Virus record (IMG/VR): IMGVR_UViG_3300050821_003907
Coordinates: 32,001-96,000 of that record
From: a virus
Length of the DNA: 64,000 nucleotides
Direction: 5' to 3' (one strand)
Part shown: positions 34,320 through 44,150 of the stretch, piece after piece
Layout: each line of letters opens with the position of its first letter
Numbering within the stretch: position 1 is the first letter of the stretch
The notes under the pieces: generated by a model
Databases searched by the model: none
Seen by the model: the letters and a program-made list of their open reading frames with translations, nothing else
Told to the model about the DNA's origin: nothing
Program-made: the position numbers and the translations under genes

Positions 34320-37186
34320 TGCCCCCCACACCTAAGGTAACTCCGACTAATGTATCGTCAGTAGCTCAGTCTGCGAATAACCGCATTAACGCGCTGCTGC
34401 CGAATATTGCGTCTACTGCGAGTCCTATCACCGTATGGACTACGAACGTCATTTACGAAATGATAGCGCTCGCAACGCCGCCTACTAATACGTACAGCCC
34501 GGCCTACTACCCGTCCAGCGGCACATGGACGTGCCCTTCAGGCGTGTCCAGCGTTCAGGTTGAATGCTGGGGCGGCGGTGGCGGTGGCGGTGGCGGTAAC
34601 ACTACTAGCGGCGGCGGAGGCGGCGGCGGCGGCGAGTATGCTGCTGAGCAAAACTACCCGGTAGTACCCGGCGAGCAGTACGCATATACCTGCGGTGATG
34701 GCGGAACTAATGGCCTTACTGGCGTCCCTGGCACTACGGGTCAGAACACCGTATTTGACTTGCAAGGTGTAGGAAAAACCGGAGGCATTATCGCCCATGG
34801 TGGTCAGGGTGGTGACATCACTAGTACAGGTAAAGGCGGTGCTGGAGGCACAGGCAGTGCTAACACCACTGTGTACGCTGGTGGACCTGGCGGAACTAAC
34901 GCCAATGGCGTAGGAGATGACAGCCCGTATTCATCTCCCCTTGCTAACGGTACGCAGTTCTGGTACATAATGGACGACGACCCTGCTTACTACTCCACTA
35001 TTCAAGACAACACCGAAATTACCTCCGCACAGCAAATTAACACGATAGGAACTGCTAACTCCACTATTCTCGGTAATAGCATTCCCAACGGCGGTACTGT
35101 TAACGCCCCTGCACAAGCGCCTACTAGTTCTATTATCGGGCAACTGTACCAGGCTAATGTGGGGTGGAGCTGGACAGCTCCCAGTAGCACGGAAATGCCT
35201 TATTACCGGATAAATAATTATGGCCTGTCCACGACATCCATGACATTCTCGTGCTGGATTTATGCTGATGCAGGCGGCAATTTCACCGGTTCTAACGTTT
35301 CAGCTGGCACTATCGTATCCACGTATGACTACGCTATAACTACTAAATCGCCAGGATACGCTCTATTTATTGATACCAATAATAGGGTGAACTTCAAGAT
35401 TTCGCGCCATAACGGCAGTTCCTACACTACTCAGCTACTAACTCTCAGCACGCCTGTTGATACAACTGACTGGAATTACATCGTAGTTTCCTATAACGGA
35501 AGTACGATGTACATTTACGTATATAATTCCAGTAACCCAGGAGGATTGTCTACTTCTGGCGCTGGCCCGTCTGGTACTGGCAACCAAGTACAGGTTAATA
35601 ACAACAGCACTTACTTCGGCATTAATCCTTCTATTAACGGTCCTGACAACGGCTTCAGCGGTTACATGTCCAACCTGTGGATGGCCACAGGTGCCCTCAC
35701 TACTTCTACGTGGCCTAACGGCGTATACAACCCCTCCACAACTCCTAACACAGGTTGCGGCGGCGGTGCATCGGGCGGCGGCGGTGGCGTAGGAGGCACA
35801 GGAAGCCCAGGGAGTGTAGGAGGCGCAGGCGGCGCTGGTGGCACAGTCCCGGCTGTTCCGGCAGGCAGCAATCTTACGATTGGATACACAGGAACGACAG
35901 GAGGAGCATCTGGACTTAGCGGTATCAATCCTGCGTCTAACTCCTACGGTGGAGGCGGAGGAGGAGCTGGTAATTTCAGTCCGCTACCTACCCTGAAAAC
36001 CATGAAACTTGTGGCGGCACAAAGCGCTTCTTATGCAGGCCCGGATGCTGTAAGCAACCCTTCAGGTCAGTACACTATCAGTCTTGCTCCTCTGGTAACT
36101 AACTCATCAGAAAAACTCAGCACTAGCGCGGCCAACCTGTCTCCTGATTGCTACCAGGGAGGCCAAGCCCAAGTAGACAGCAATTACCAGGGCACGATGT
36201 CATCTGCTGTACTGCTGCCAAATGCAGCGACAACTGCCGCTAACTTCACGGGTGCGATTGCTACTATTAGCAAGCTCACCATGAGCGCTGAAATCTTGAG
36301 TCCTAATGCGGCATCGTTGCTGCTGGGCTACACGAGTGACACGACACTGCCTTCGACCTTTACGGCGAGTTCTGTAACTACTGTAACAGAATTGCCTATC
36401 CCAGCAGGCTCGCAAAATACTGTCGTAAGCTGGGACCTCACTAATAACAGTAACCTCGTCAGTGCTATAGAGGGCGGAACAGCTTGCACCCTGATATTTG
36501 GCCCTGGTAATACTCCAGGAGCCGCCTCCTATAGTAATACTGCTACAGCATCACAGTTTAGCGCGGCCTTTATCGGTGCTGGCGGAGCTGCATCCGGGTA
36601 CTTGCAAGACCTTACTATTACTGTGCAGTACAGTTCAAGTAACTGGGCAAATGGGGGTTATGGGTCTCCAGGCGCGGTAAGAATTGCTTACATAAACCCC
36701 AATGGTGTGCCTATAGCTTCTATCCAGCCGGTGGCTACAACTGACAGTCAAAACGACCAGTACGCCGCAGGATTCACAGGGCCAATTACGGCTTGGCAGC
36801 CGGGGAGCAGCCCTAAGGTCCCGGAAACTCCGCACGCTCTTAGTTCTTACCTTAACTCGTGGACAAGAAACTCCACTAGCCAGGACTTGCAGTACCAGAT
36901 GATGGGTGACGGGACTGTCCTCATTACCGGACGCCTGAATGTGCCCGCTAGTCCTGCTGCGGTCAGTACCATAACTAGTTCAATACCATCGGCATACTGG
37001 CCTTTGAATCGTATTGAAACAGGCCCGGCTACAGCGGCTAATTCAGTAAGTCCCTTCGCTTGCACGGCTTGCTCAGTGCAAATAGACACTTCAGGTAACT
37101 TCTCGGCGGTAGGACTTACCTCTTCACAGTCCGGGTACACTTTGAACGTGAACTTCCGGTATCCACTTAATAACCTAGCCGTTTAA
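34319..37186 (+). CDS. Tail fibre/receptor-binding protein with Gly-rich and LamG-like domains
   Basis: WTCPSGVSSVQVECWGGGG; TFSCWI..WNYIVVSYNGSTMYIY..FSGYMSNL. Confidence 0.72.
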   Translation: MPPTPKVTPTNVSSVAQSANNRINALLPNIASTASPITVWTTNVIYEMIALATPPTNTYSPAYYPSSGTWTCPSGVSSVQVECWGGGGGGGGGNTTSGGGGGGGGEYAAEQNYPVVPGEQYAYTCGDGGTNGLTGVPGTTGQNTVFDLQGVGKTGGIIAHGGQGGDITSTGKGGAGGTGSANTTVYAGGPGGTNANGVGDDSPYSSPLANGTQFWYIMDDDPAYYSTIQDNTEITSAQQINTIGTANSTILGNSIPNGGTVNAPAQAPTSSIIGQLYQANVGWSWTAPSSTEMPYYRINNYGLSTTSMTFSCWIYADAGGNFTGSNVSAGTIVSTYDYAITTKSPGYALFIDTNNRVNFKISRHNGSSYTTQLLTLSTPVDTTDWNYIVVSYNGSTMYIYVYNSSNPGGLSTSGAGPSGTGNQVQVNNNSTYFGINPSINGPDNGFSGYMSNLWMATGALTTSTWPNGVYNPSTTPNTGCGGGASGGGGGVGGTGSPGSVGGAGGAGGTVPAVPAGSNLTIGYTGTTGGASGLSGINPASNSYGGGGGGAGNFSPLPTLKTMKLVAAQSASYAGPDAVSNPSGQYTISLAPLVTNSSEKLSTSAANLSPDCYQGGQAQVDSNYQGTMSSAVLLPNAATTAANFTGAIATISKLTMSAEILSPNAASLLLGYTSDTTLPSTFTASSVTTVTELPIPAGSQNTVVSWDLTNNSNLVSAIEGGTACTLIFGPGNTPGAASYSNTATASQFSAAFIGAGGAASGYLQDLTITVQYSSSNWANGGYGSPGAVRIAYINPNGVPIASIQPVATTDSQNDQYAAGFTGPITAWQPGSSPKVPETPHALSSYLNSWTRNSTSQDLQYQMMGDGTVLITGRLNVPASPAAVSTITSSIPSAYWPLNRIETGPATAANSVSPFACTACSVQIDTSGNFSAVGLTSSQSGYTLNVNFRYPLNNLAV

Positions 37187-37203
37187 GGAAGGGAAGAATT
37201 AAC

Positions 37204-37497
37204 GTGAGCGCAGGTATTCAGCCGAATCTGGCGACCATTAATCAGCAAGCCGGAAGCCTCATGGTGAACCTGCTCAACAGCATTGAGCAAGCACAGGTCT
37301 TCTACCAGTACCTTAACGGTCTTGGCAGTAGCGGGCTAATAGCGCTTGGCATGGCAAGTGCTGACGCAACAGCACTTCTGTCGGCGTACAGTAACGCTAA
37401 CGCCCTTGCCAATGTTTTTTACGGACAGGCGTACACAGGACCGGCATTGCCGTATAACTTCTACAACCAGATTGTGCCGCTAACAGGCGGTCAATAA
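37204..37497 (+). CDS. Small tail-associated protein
   Basis: 97 aa, GTG start, between tail genes. Confidence 0.6.
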   Translation: MSAGIQPNLATINQQAGSLMVNLLNSIEQAQVFYQYLNGLGSSGLIALGMASADATALLSAYSNANALANVFYGQAYTGPALPYNFYNQIVPLTGGQ

Positions 37498-37520
37498 TAA
37501 CTAGGCAAGGAGCTTAACGG

Positions 37521-39266
37521 ATGGCACTTGAGAAGAGGGACGGTTCACAGATAGTGACGTTCCTGCCTCCGCGTCCTGCTAAGTCCTTCAGCATTACTTC
37601 AAGCGGCTCAACATCAGATTCCGAGCAATTTGGCGGCAGTAACACAGATGGCAGGCGTTACGGCTGGATTAGGATTAACTCACTGCAATGGGAAACTAAT
37701 AACGACACGCAAGCTGACCTGTACAACGGCACTTCCGCTAACACGCACTCTCCCCTGGAGAACGGTGAGCAATTCCAGCTGTGGACAACTAATATCGTCG
37801 GCCTTAGCTATCCTCCCAACGCCACACTTTACGACTCAACAGGTGCGGCAGACTTGTATGAAATCTTTAACTTGCAGAATGCCCTGCCGAATGTATCTGG
37901 GGCACAAGCTCCCGTTAAGCTAAAGGACCCGCAAGTCTGCATCGTGCAAGGCATAAAGCAGGTAGCTCACGGAAGCTGGGATATCTACTTTTCTCCCGAC
38001 ATCACCGATACTATCGACACCACCGCAGACGGAATCATAACAATTCCTGTTCCGCGCGATGCTCGGTGGCTGAATGCTTACGGGCACGTAGACCAGGTTA
38101 ACTACACCTTCACTATCCCTGGCGGACCCAGTGCTTTTCAGTGCCTGTTCGTTGTGCCTCCGGACTTCAGGACTACTGCCATGGACCCCGGCCGAATCCT
38201 TCAGGTATTCCGAGGCGGTCAGTGCATCTGGGAAGGCTACACTACAGAACCCACGCCTAGTTCTACAGGGTGGCAGATAAACGCCACGGGCGCAGGTGCG
38301 TACGGCACGAACTTCACGTGCTTCTACGATGTGTGGAATATCGCTCGTCCTCTTCAACTCGCGCTGGACAGGGGACTTCGCTGGCTATTCCCGCCTGTCA
38401 TCCCTGCCACAACCAAGAACAATCCGGAGCAAGCTTACATTGGGCCGTCCCAGACTTCGGGTTCCATGACAATCACAGACTTCCTTAACCTGGTTTGCAC
38501 AACAGGACGCCTTTACTGGACATTGATTCCGCCTGTCAGCGCAGGCATTCCGGCGTGCCCTTGGCGACTAGAGTTCCTGGAATTCCCCACTGACCAAAGT
38601 GGCAACCCGCTGGCTACGGTAACATCCGACCACGCTAATTACCTTAGCCGTGAATGGCGAAGGGTTGACCAGCCGCTAGGCTCAGACCTTAACTCTACGC
38701 GTCGTCCGCCTGACTTGTACCTGGTAAGCACATCACCTGTAGCACGTAACATGAATGCTACATACAACACGCTAATCATAAACTACATGACGAAAGCTGA
38801 CCAGCTGTCTAACTCCGAGAACTCAACCGGTACCGCTGCTACTTACAACACTGCCGTAGTTGACATTCCCGAATCTGTGGCTCGTTACGGGCGTCTCGAA
38901 TACTTCCTCGACCTAACCAATGGTGGCGCGCTAAGCCACACTCAGGCAGTCAGTGTAGGGCGTAACATCCTGAACAAGTACATCCGAGTGAACTTCACGA
39001 CACCATTCTCCGTACAGCCAGGACAGCTCCTGAACAGCGGAGGACAGCCTGTAGACCTCGCATGTGACTGGTCAGGCAGGACAGTGTCCGTAATGGCGCA
39101 CGGAATTCCCATGGGTGGTGAAAGTCAGTTCGGTCCCTTGACGTTCTTCTCCGGGACATACCAGTATGACGACAACAGCCAGACGGCTACTATCACGCCT
39201 TATCAGAACGCAGGAACAGATATATCGACTGTCGTCGCCATGCTCTACCCTGGCCAGTACGCCTAG
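37521..39266 (+). CDS. Minor tail protein (baseplate hub/Tal-like)
   Basis: SD AAGGAG; VNYTFTIPGGPSAFQC..., SVARYGRLEY pattern; position. Confidence 0.6.
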   Translation: MALEKRDGSQIVTFLPPRPAKSFSITSSGSTSDSEQFGGSNTDGRRYGWIRINSLQWETNNDTQADLYNGTSANTHSPLENGEQFQLWTTNIVGLSYPPNATLYDSTGAADLYEIFNLQNALPNVSGAQAPVKLKDPQVCIVQGIKQVAHGSWDIYFSPDITDTIDTTADGIITIPVPRDARWLNAYGHVDQVNYTFTIPGGPSAFQCLFVVPPDFRTTAMDPGRILQVFRGGQCIWEGYTTEPTPSSTGWQINATGAGAYGTNFTCFYDVWNIARPLQLALDRGLRWLFPPVIPATTKNNPEQAYIGPSQTSGSMTITDFLNLVCTTGRLYWTLIPPVSAGIPACPWRLEFLEFPTDQSGNPLATVTSDHANYLSREWRRVDQPLGSDLNSTRRPPDLYLVSTSPVARNMNATYNTLIINYMTKADQLSNSENSTGTAATYNTAVVDIPESVARYGRLEYFLDLTNGGALSHTQAVSVGRNILNKYIRVNFTTPFSVQPGQLLNSGGQPVDLACDWSGRTVSVMAHGIPMGGESQFGPLTFFSGTYQYDDNSQTATITPYQNAGTDISTVVAMLYPGQYA

Positions 39267-39565
39267 AGGAACGCCAGGTTGTTGATGATAGTTTGCAGGG
39301 CCTGAATTTCCTGCTGAGCCTGGGCCGCGCTGGCGTCCCCGCCCACCATGATTACCTGCCAGAACGTGCTGCCGCTGATGTACAGGTAAAGAACAGATGC
39401 GAACAGGTCAATTCCCGGCTTGTAGCCGTGGACATCAGAACCATACTGTACGCCCGCCCAGCCATGCTGCTGCATTGACTGTGCGATAGCACCGTAAACA
39501 TCTCCGATGTCTTCAGCCGCAGGCGACAGTTCGTACTCGTGCGCAGCCCAGTAAAGTTCAGCCAT
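39263..39565 (-). CDS. Opposite-strand hypothetical protein (moron-like)
   Basis: SD AAGGAG before ATG 39565; stop overlaps the stop of the convergent tail gene. Confidence 0.65.
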   Translation of the reverse strand: MAELYWAAHEYELSPAAEDIGDVYGAIAQSMQQHGWAGVQYGSDVHGYKPGIDLFASVLYLYISGSTFWQVIMVGGDASAAQAQQEIQALQTIINNLAFL

Positions 39566-39661
39566 GTGTCTCGCTCCTTGCTTAAGGTTTTTGAGCACTC
39601 TGCTATTTCAAGACTATCCGATACCATTAAGGGAGACATAAGGCAAAGGGCGGTATTAGAG

Positions 39662-40243
39662 ATGGCGTTGTCAGAGATACTTCCCGTGCTCATAAGCGCC
39701 CTGAGCATGATGTTCACGGGACTTCTATGGTTGCACGGCAGAAGTGAACGGTCAGACAAGAACACCACGGCGCATATTGAGCACGTGTTCACAGAGCACA
39801 CGCAACCTGTTATAGACCGCATAACTACCCTGGAAGCACGTACCTCGCCTGAATCCCGCGACCATGAGCGTGAAGCGATTAAGAACATAATCTCAGATAA
39901 GCTGGAACCCATACAGAAGACGCTAAGCCAGCTTGAAATAAAAATTGACGTATTCTGGACTAATTTTTCCCGGGACGCTGCAATGATTCTTCATCAGCCC
40001 GACCCTGACAGGCACCACATTGACGTGCTACTGGAATCCTACATTGATGGCACGATTACGGATGACGAGAAAAAAGAACTCAAGAAGTTCTTGTACATTA
40101 TCCGTAACTGGGAGCCTGGACAGGATGTTGGATTCCCTGTGCATCCAGGCGAGCAAGTAGCGGCAGCGGTCCTGTTGCGCACCATGGATTACGTAATTGA
40201 CGCTACCCGTAAGCTGCGGACTATTCCGGAAGTCAAGGAATAA
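39662..40243 (+). CDS. Membrane-anchored protein (lysis-associated?)
   Basis: N-terminal hydrophobic helix then coiled coil; start moved to ATG 39662. Confidence 0.6.
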   Translation: MALSEILPVLISALSMMFTGLLWLHGRSERSDKNTTAHIEHVFTEHTQPVIDRITTLEARTSPESRDHEREAIKNIISDKLEPIQKTLSQLEIKIDVFWTNFSRDAAMILHQPDPDRHHIDVLLESYIDGTITDDEKKELKKFLYIIRNWEPGQDVGFPVHPGEQVAAAVLLRTMDYVIDATRKLRTIPEVKE

Positions 40244-40288
40244 CAGTAAAGTTAGTTATGTAGACTTCCTTGCTGAATTGAGTTAACG

Positions 40289-40714
40289 ATGCCTGAGAAC
40301 CAGCCCCCACTTGAATCTCAGCCGAGCGTGCCTGAGAGTAACTTCATGCTTGCTGCCGAAAGGCAAGTTGACATACTTGTGGCAGCGGCTACTAGAGTGC
40401 CCAAACTACAGATTCGCGTCCTTGGTGCGGTGTGTGCTGCACTGCTAGTCATCTCTGGGGTACTCGGATACCTTGTAAGTCAGCAGTACAGCACAACGCA
40501 GGAACTGCGCAGGGATGCTGTGGTTAACTGCCAGTCAGGAAACGAGTTCAAAGCCGACCAGACTAGAATCTGGAATGAATTGATTAGTATCACCCCCGCG
40601 CCGAAGGATGCTAAGGGTCGAGCGTTCATAAGTAACTTCCGAGCTTTCGTTGAGCACGTAAATGCTCCTAAGAACTGTGCTCAGGCTTACAACGTGAAGG
40701 CAAGTGGGAAGTAA
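40289..40714 (+). CDS. Single-pass membrane protein (lysis-associated?)
   Basis: Central TM helix; C-terminal domain bracketed by two Cys. Confidence 0.62.
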   Translation: MPENQPPLESQPSVPESNFMLAAERQVDILVAAATRVPKLQIRVLGAVCAALLVISGVLGYLVSQQYSTTQELRRDAVVNCQSGNEFKADQTRIWNELISITPAPKDAKGRAFISNFRAFVEHVNAPKNCAQAYNVKASGK

Positions 40715-41689
40715 TTACAGCTCATCGATAATCTGGTGTACGAGTTCCCCCATGCGCCTGACTTCTCGTACAGCCGTCCAGCCGGAATTAGTCTCCCAGA
40801 AACTGTCACCCAAGTCCCAGCGCAACGTAGCCAACTTGACCATCGCTTGCTGTAGCCACACTTTACCCATGGCAGCTACGTCTGAGTACCTGCCTGATGC
40901 ATAGGCGTAGTTCTTGTCGTAGCCGAAGTACGTGCGCATCGTACTCATGGAGGAGAATACCTTGACTGAAGGATAAAGCTGCTCTAGGTTTCCCTCAATT
41001 TCAGCAACCGCACAATCAATTAGGTCTTCAGGGATTTTAGCCTCTTCTTCCAGGCTTCGTCCTGTAATCTGAGCATGCGTATTAGCCGCACCTTCAGTCC
41101 GGAAATTAGGCTTACGCCATGAGCCCGTTATCTTATCGCTGTAACGCTTCCCGAAGTAACCATAATTCCGCTTGCGCTCTGCCTCCATGATGTCACGGAG
41201 ATGGTCCTTGTCTACCGCGAGGCCCTTAAGGCGCACTTTACCGCAGCGAAAGCCCTTCTCGCCAATCAGTACAGTGCCAAAACCTTCTACCACGCCTTGA
41301 ATGGTAATGGCCGTACTGTCGGCAATTACGCTAGCGTCAGCGGGCTTCCAGAAAGCCCAGAAACCACAACCGCAAGTAGGCTCAGGAGCGCTATGCTCAG
41401 GTAGCTTCCCGTACAGTCGCGCCCTGCGGCACTCACCTTCGTAGACGTCCTGGCCTGCATCCCAGCGGGTCCCGTAAGCGCCTATGAGCGCATCTTGCTT
41501 CGTCGGGTACATCTTCCACCAGCGGTAGCCTGTAACGCTGCCTATGGCCAGCTCTGGCTCTCCCGTGAAGCCCTTCATGGCTGAGCTGTTGTCCAGGTCT
41601 GCTGCCTGCCACTTACCGTAATCAGCATCGCGCACTTCATCGATGCTAGCGTTAAGCAGAAAGGTAATCTCGTCCAGCTCGTTACTCAT
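40715..41689 (-). CDS. Conserved phage hypothetical protein
   Basis: GYRWW...CGCGFWAF...G.VLIGEKGFR. Confidence 0.7.
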   Translation of the reverse strand: MSNELDEITFLLNASIDEVRDADYGKWQAADLDNSSAMKGFTGEPELAIGSVTGYRWWKMYPTKQDALIGAYGTRWDAGQDVYEGECRRARLYGKLPEHSAPEPTCGCGFWAFWKPADASVIADSTAITIQGVVEGFGTVLIGEKGFRCGKVRLKGLAVDKDHLRDIMEAERKRNYGYFGKRYSDKITGSWRKPNFRTEGAANTHAQITGRSLEEEAKIPEDLIDCAVAEIEGNLEQLYPSVKVFSSMSTMRTYFGYDKNYAYASGRYSDVAAMGKVWLQQAMVKLATLRWDLGDSFWETNSGWTAVREVRRMGELVHQIIDEL

Positions 41690-41840
41690 ACTCAGCCTCA
41701 TCTATGGCCATGCACAAGTGCTCTAGGGTATCCATGTCCTTGTTCGAGACGTAAGAGTAACCGCAAAGCGGGGACTCCAGAGTCTCCATCTCTTCCCACA
41801 CAAAGCGGTAAAGGTTCTCCAGGGCTTGCGACCTACTCAT
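41682..41840 (-). CDS. Small hypothetical protein (52 aa, not in ORF track)
   Basis: MSRSQALENLYRFVWEE...EYE*; overlaps both neighbours. Confidence 0.5.
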   Translation of the reverse strand: MSRSQALENLYRFVWEEMETLESPLCGYSYVSNKDMDTLEHLCMAIDEAEYE

Positions 41841-42144
41841 CCTCATCCCACAGCTCCTCAAGGTCTGGCATGTTAAGCTTCCGGCGTTCTGCCAGCATCT
41901 TAATGGCTAGTTTAGCTGCTTTGTTCGTCAGCAAGTCTTCAGGCCCTACGCCTAGTGCTATGAACAATCGCCTGAAGTAGGCTCCGGAGGGCCTGCGAAT
42001 GCCTCGTTCGTAAGAACTGATGCTCTCAACGGAAATGCCCGTGCGATGAGCCAGCTCAGTCTGAGTCATGCCTGCTACCTCGCGGCACACCTTAAGCTTC
42101 TCAGGGTCAATCCTGACGCCGCCCGTGAACGGCTTAGCTGGCAT
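41833..42144 (-). CDS. XRE-family helix-turn-helix regulator
   Basis: LKVCREVAGMTQTELAHRTGISVESISSYERGIRRP. Confidence 0.9.
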   Translation of the reverse strand: MPAKPFTGGVRIDPEKLKVCREVAGMTQTELAHRTGISVESISSYERGIRRPSGAYFRRLFIALGVGPEDLLTNKAAKLAIKMLAERRKLNMPDLEELWDEDE

Positions 42145-42550
42145 GTTCCTCGCCTTTCTTTACTCCTGGCAGCCTGGTGAAAGAAGCCCCACGGCGAATG
42201 CTGTTCTTGACGAATCCCGGTTGCAGCAACCCGCAACGTTCCATGCACTTAAGAAGTTTCTTGTAGTCGTTCCACTCCAACTGCTGATTGAGGTAGAGAT
42301 GGTAATGGCCTGGCGTGGAAGACTCTACAAGAGCAGCCCTGTAGTCTATGTCCAGGACTGGCATGTGCTGGTTGTCTACGCCAAGTACCTTACTGGACAC
42401 CAATGTGGCCTCAGCTTCAGTGCAAACCTGGCGGTCGCCTAGCGCATTGTCAGGGTCAAGCTTCTGCGAGTCCCCCTGCAACGGTTTAAGTGCCCGGAAG
42501 GGCGTACGGCCCTTCATGAAGTACGGCCAAGAACTCAAGATTCCCCCCAC
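42134..42550 (-). CDS. Conserved phage hypothetical protein (start uncertain)
   Basis: HMPVLDID...STPGHYHLYL. Confidence 0.6.
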   Translation of the reverse strand: MGGILSSWPYFMKGRTPFRALKPLQGDSQKLDPDNALGDRQVCTEAEATLVSSKVLGVDNQHMPVLDIDYRAALVESSTPGHYHLYLNQQLEWNDYKKLLKCMERCGLLQPGFVKNSIRRGASFTRLPGVKKGEEHAS

Positions 42551-42783
42551 GTAAGGTCACCGCTGAAGCAAATTAGGCACTGTGCCCCACCCTGTTCCAA
42601 AATTTCCAGGCATTTCTGACACAAGAACAGGGCACCTGCTTCACCGCAAGAGCACTTAATGTGCAAGCGTACTACAGATGGCTCGCCACAAGGCTTGCCC
42701 TGAGCTACGGCATAAAATTCGCATGGAGGAGCGCTGTCCAGGTCTATTCCTGTAAGCTCTTCAATTTCTATAGTAGTGCTCAC
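42535..42783 (-). CDS. Cys-rich Zn-finger protein
   Basis: C...C, CSC, CQKC, CLIC. Confidence 0.6.
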   Translation of the reverse strand: MSTTIEIEELTGIDLDSAPPCEFYAVAQGKPCGEPSVVRLHIKCSCGEAGALFLCQKCLEILEQGGAQCLICFSGDLTWGES

Positions 42784-43103
42784 GCGTCGTCCACATCTGG
42801 TTGTGCCTTAGGATTAGCGAAGGTTACGTTATTGGCTATCATGTAATCGTACACGCAGTCCTCGCTGCAAAAATGCTGCGTCCCCTGCTCTTCCCATTCG
42901 ATGCAAGGATGTTCGGTAACAGGGCATTGAATATCGCATTGATGGCAAGTGAATACTTCACCTACCTTGCGCATCCACTCACTGCCGCACTCAGGCGTGC
43001 ACACGAACTGTATGCGTTCTCCCGCCATCTTTATCGGATGATAGCCATCTTCAAGAGACTTGGCGCAATTAGCGCACGACAGGTAACCCTCATACGCTTC
43101 CAC
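42780..43103 (-). CDS. Double Zn-finger (TRASH-like) protein
   Basis: CANC...CTPEC and CHQC...CSEDC. Confidence 0.65.
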   Translation of the reverse strand: MEAYEGYLSCANCAKSLEDGYHPIKMAGERIQFVCTPECGSEWMRKVGEVFTCHQCDIQCPVTEHPCIEWEEQGTQHFCSEDCVYDYMIANNVTFANPKAQPDVDDA

Positions 43104-43783
43104 TAGCCCTCCTCAGGTCGCTTGTCTCCCGGCCACACAGGCTTTACCGTGTCCGTGTCCAGCGTGTAGTCAGGACCGTACTCGTCCTCCACCAATGGTA
43201 GCTTAGGCCCCGTGCCTACCTGACCACCAAGGATAATGCCCTCAGGAAGCTCGTCAAGGCTCGTAGGCGCGTCTACAGGGTCGATGGATAGGTAGGAGTA
43301 GTCCTCATCGTCATCGTTCTCTGGGGGCCTTCCTGGCCCTCCCCAGCCGCTGTAGTCTTCTGGCTTCTCCCTGTACGCACCTTCGTTACGGAAGCCTACA
43401 TCTACACCAGGGTCAGGGTCTACGGTGTAGGGATTAGCCCGGACAGGAGCCTTAGGCTCTTCGAACTCTTCGTCTTCTGCGGAGAACTGCAATTCCTGGC
43501 GCTTGAGCTGGCGCATGATGTCCGCAGGAGACAGGGTTCTCGCGCCATTACCAGATGGACGGCTTGCCTGAGTACTGGGTGCGAGTGCCGCAGGCGCATC
43601 AGCCCCCCAATTCGGAGTCAGCTTGCAGGCATTGGTGGCTTCTCCCAGGCTCACGGCATGCTGCCATGTATCGCCAGGCCCAGGCACGGCTGCACGCAGC
43701 AAGTGAATCTCAGCGAGGCTGGCAGCCTCAGCTTCCGACTCTGCCGTTATTCCCGTGCCGCAGGTGCACGCTGCTATCCACAC
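43103..43783 (-). CDS. Hypothetical protein with acidic Pro-rich tail
   Basis: SD AGGAG, GTG start; N-terminal CTC...H...H. Confidence 0.65.
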   Translation of the reverse strand: MWIAACTCGTGITAESEAEAASLAEIHLLRAAVPGPGDTWQHAVSLGEATNACKLTPNWGADAPAALAPSTQASRPSGNGARTLSPADIMRQLKRQELQFSAEDEEFEEPKAPVRANPYTVDPDPGVDVGFRNEGAYREKPEDYSGWGGPGRPPENDDDEDYSYLSIDPVDAPTSLDELPEGIILGGQVGTGPKLPLVEDEYGPDYTLDTDTVKPVWPGDKRPEEG

Positions 43784-43798
43784 TTTCCGTTCAACTCC

Positions 43799-44080
43799 TT
43801 ATGCTCGATTCGTATTCCCGTCACCACGGGCATTCAGCTTGCCAGGAGACGGGAAGTTAAGGCCAATTATCGAATCTTCATGGTCACCTTCGTGACCACT
43901 TTCAAGGCAGCACCTTACGCGGCGCATCACGCCTTTAAGGTCATCCTTCCACGATTCAGTAGCGCACGAAGCATAAGGAGGTGGATACCGCTTGATAATA
44001 GTTACGCCAGTCCTGCACTTCAAGCACAGGATTTGGGCCTTTTTCTTGGAAGTTACGAAACCTTCCTTATTTGCCTGCAC
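43799..44080 (-). CDS. Small Cys-containing protein
   Basis: CLKC, C...H..H. Confidence 0.5.
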   Translation of the reverse strand: MQANKEGFVTSKKKAQILCLKCRTGVTIIKRYPPPYASCATESWKDDLKGVMRRVRCCLESGHEGDHEDSIIGLNFPSPGKLNARGDGNTNRA

Positions 44081-44150
44081 TCCGGGAAGAATTGCGAGGC
44101 ACCCGCAGGATAGCCTGAAGGTGAAAGCTGAAGGGGTTGCCCTAGCGATT

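Noticed and set aside
30980-35970. GGCGGT/GGCGGC runs as microsatellite or phase-variation tracts
   Set aside because: They encode poly-Gly with mixed codons, in frame within the Gly-rich domains
41833-42144. XRE gene as proof of a temperate lifestyle
   Set aside because: No integrase, att site or divergent immunity switch is visible; the gene is embedded in a co-directional operon
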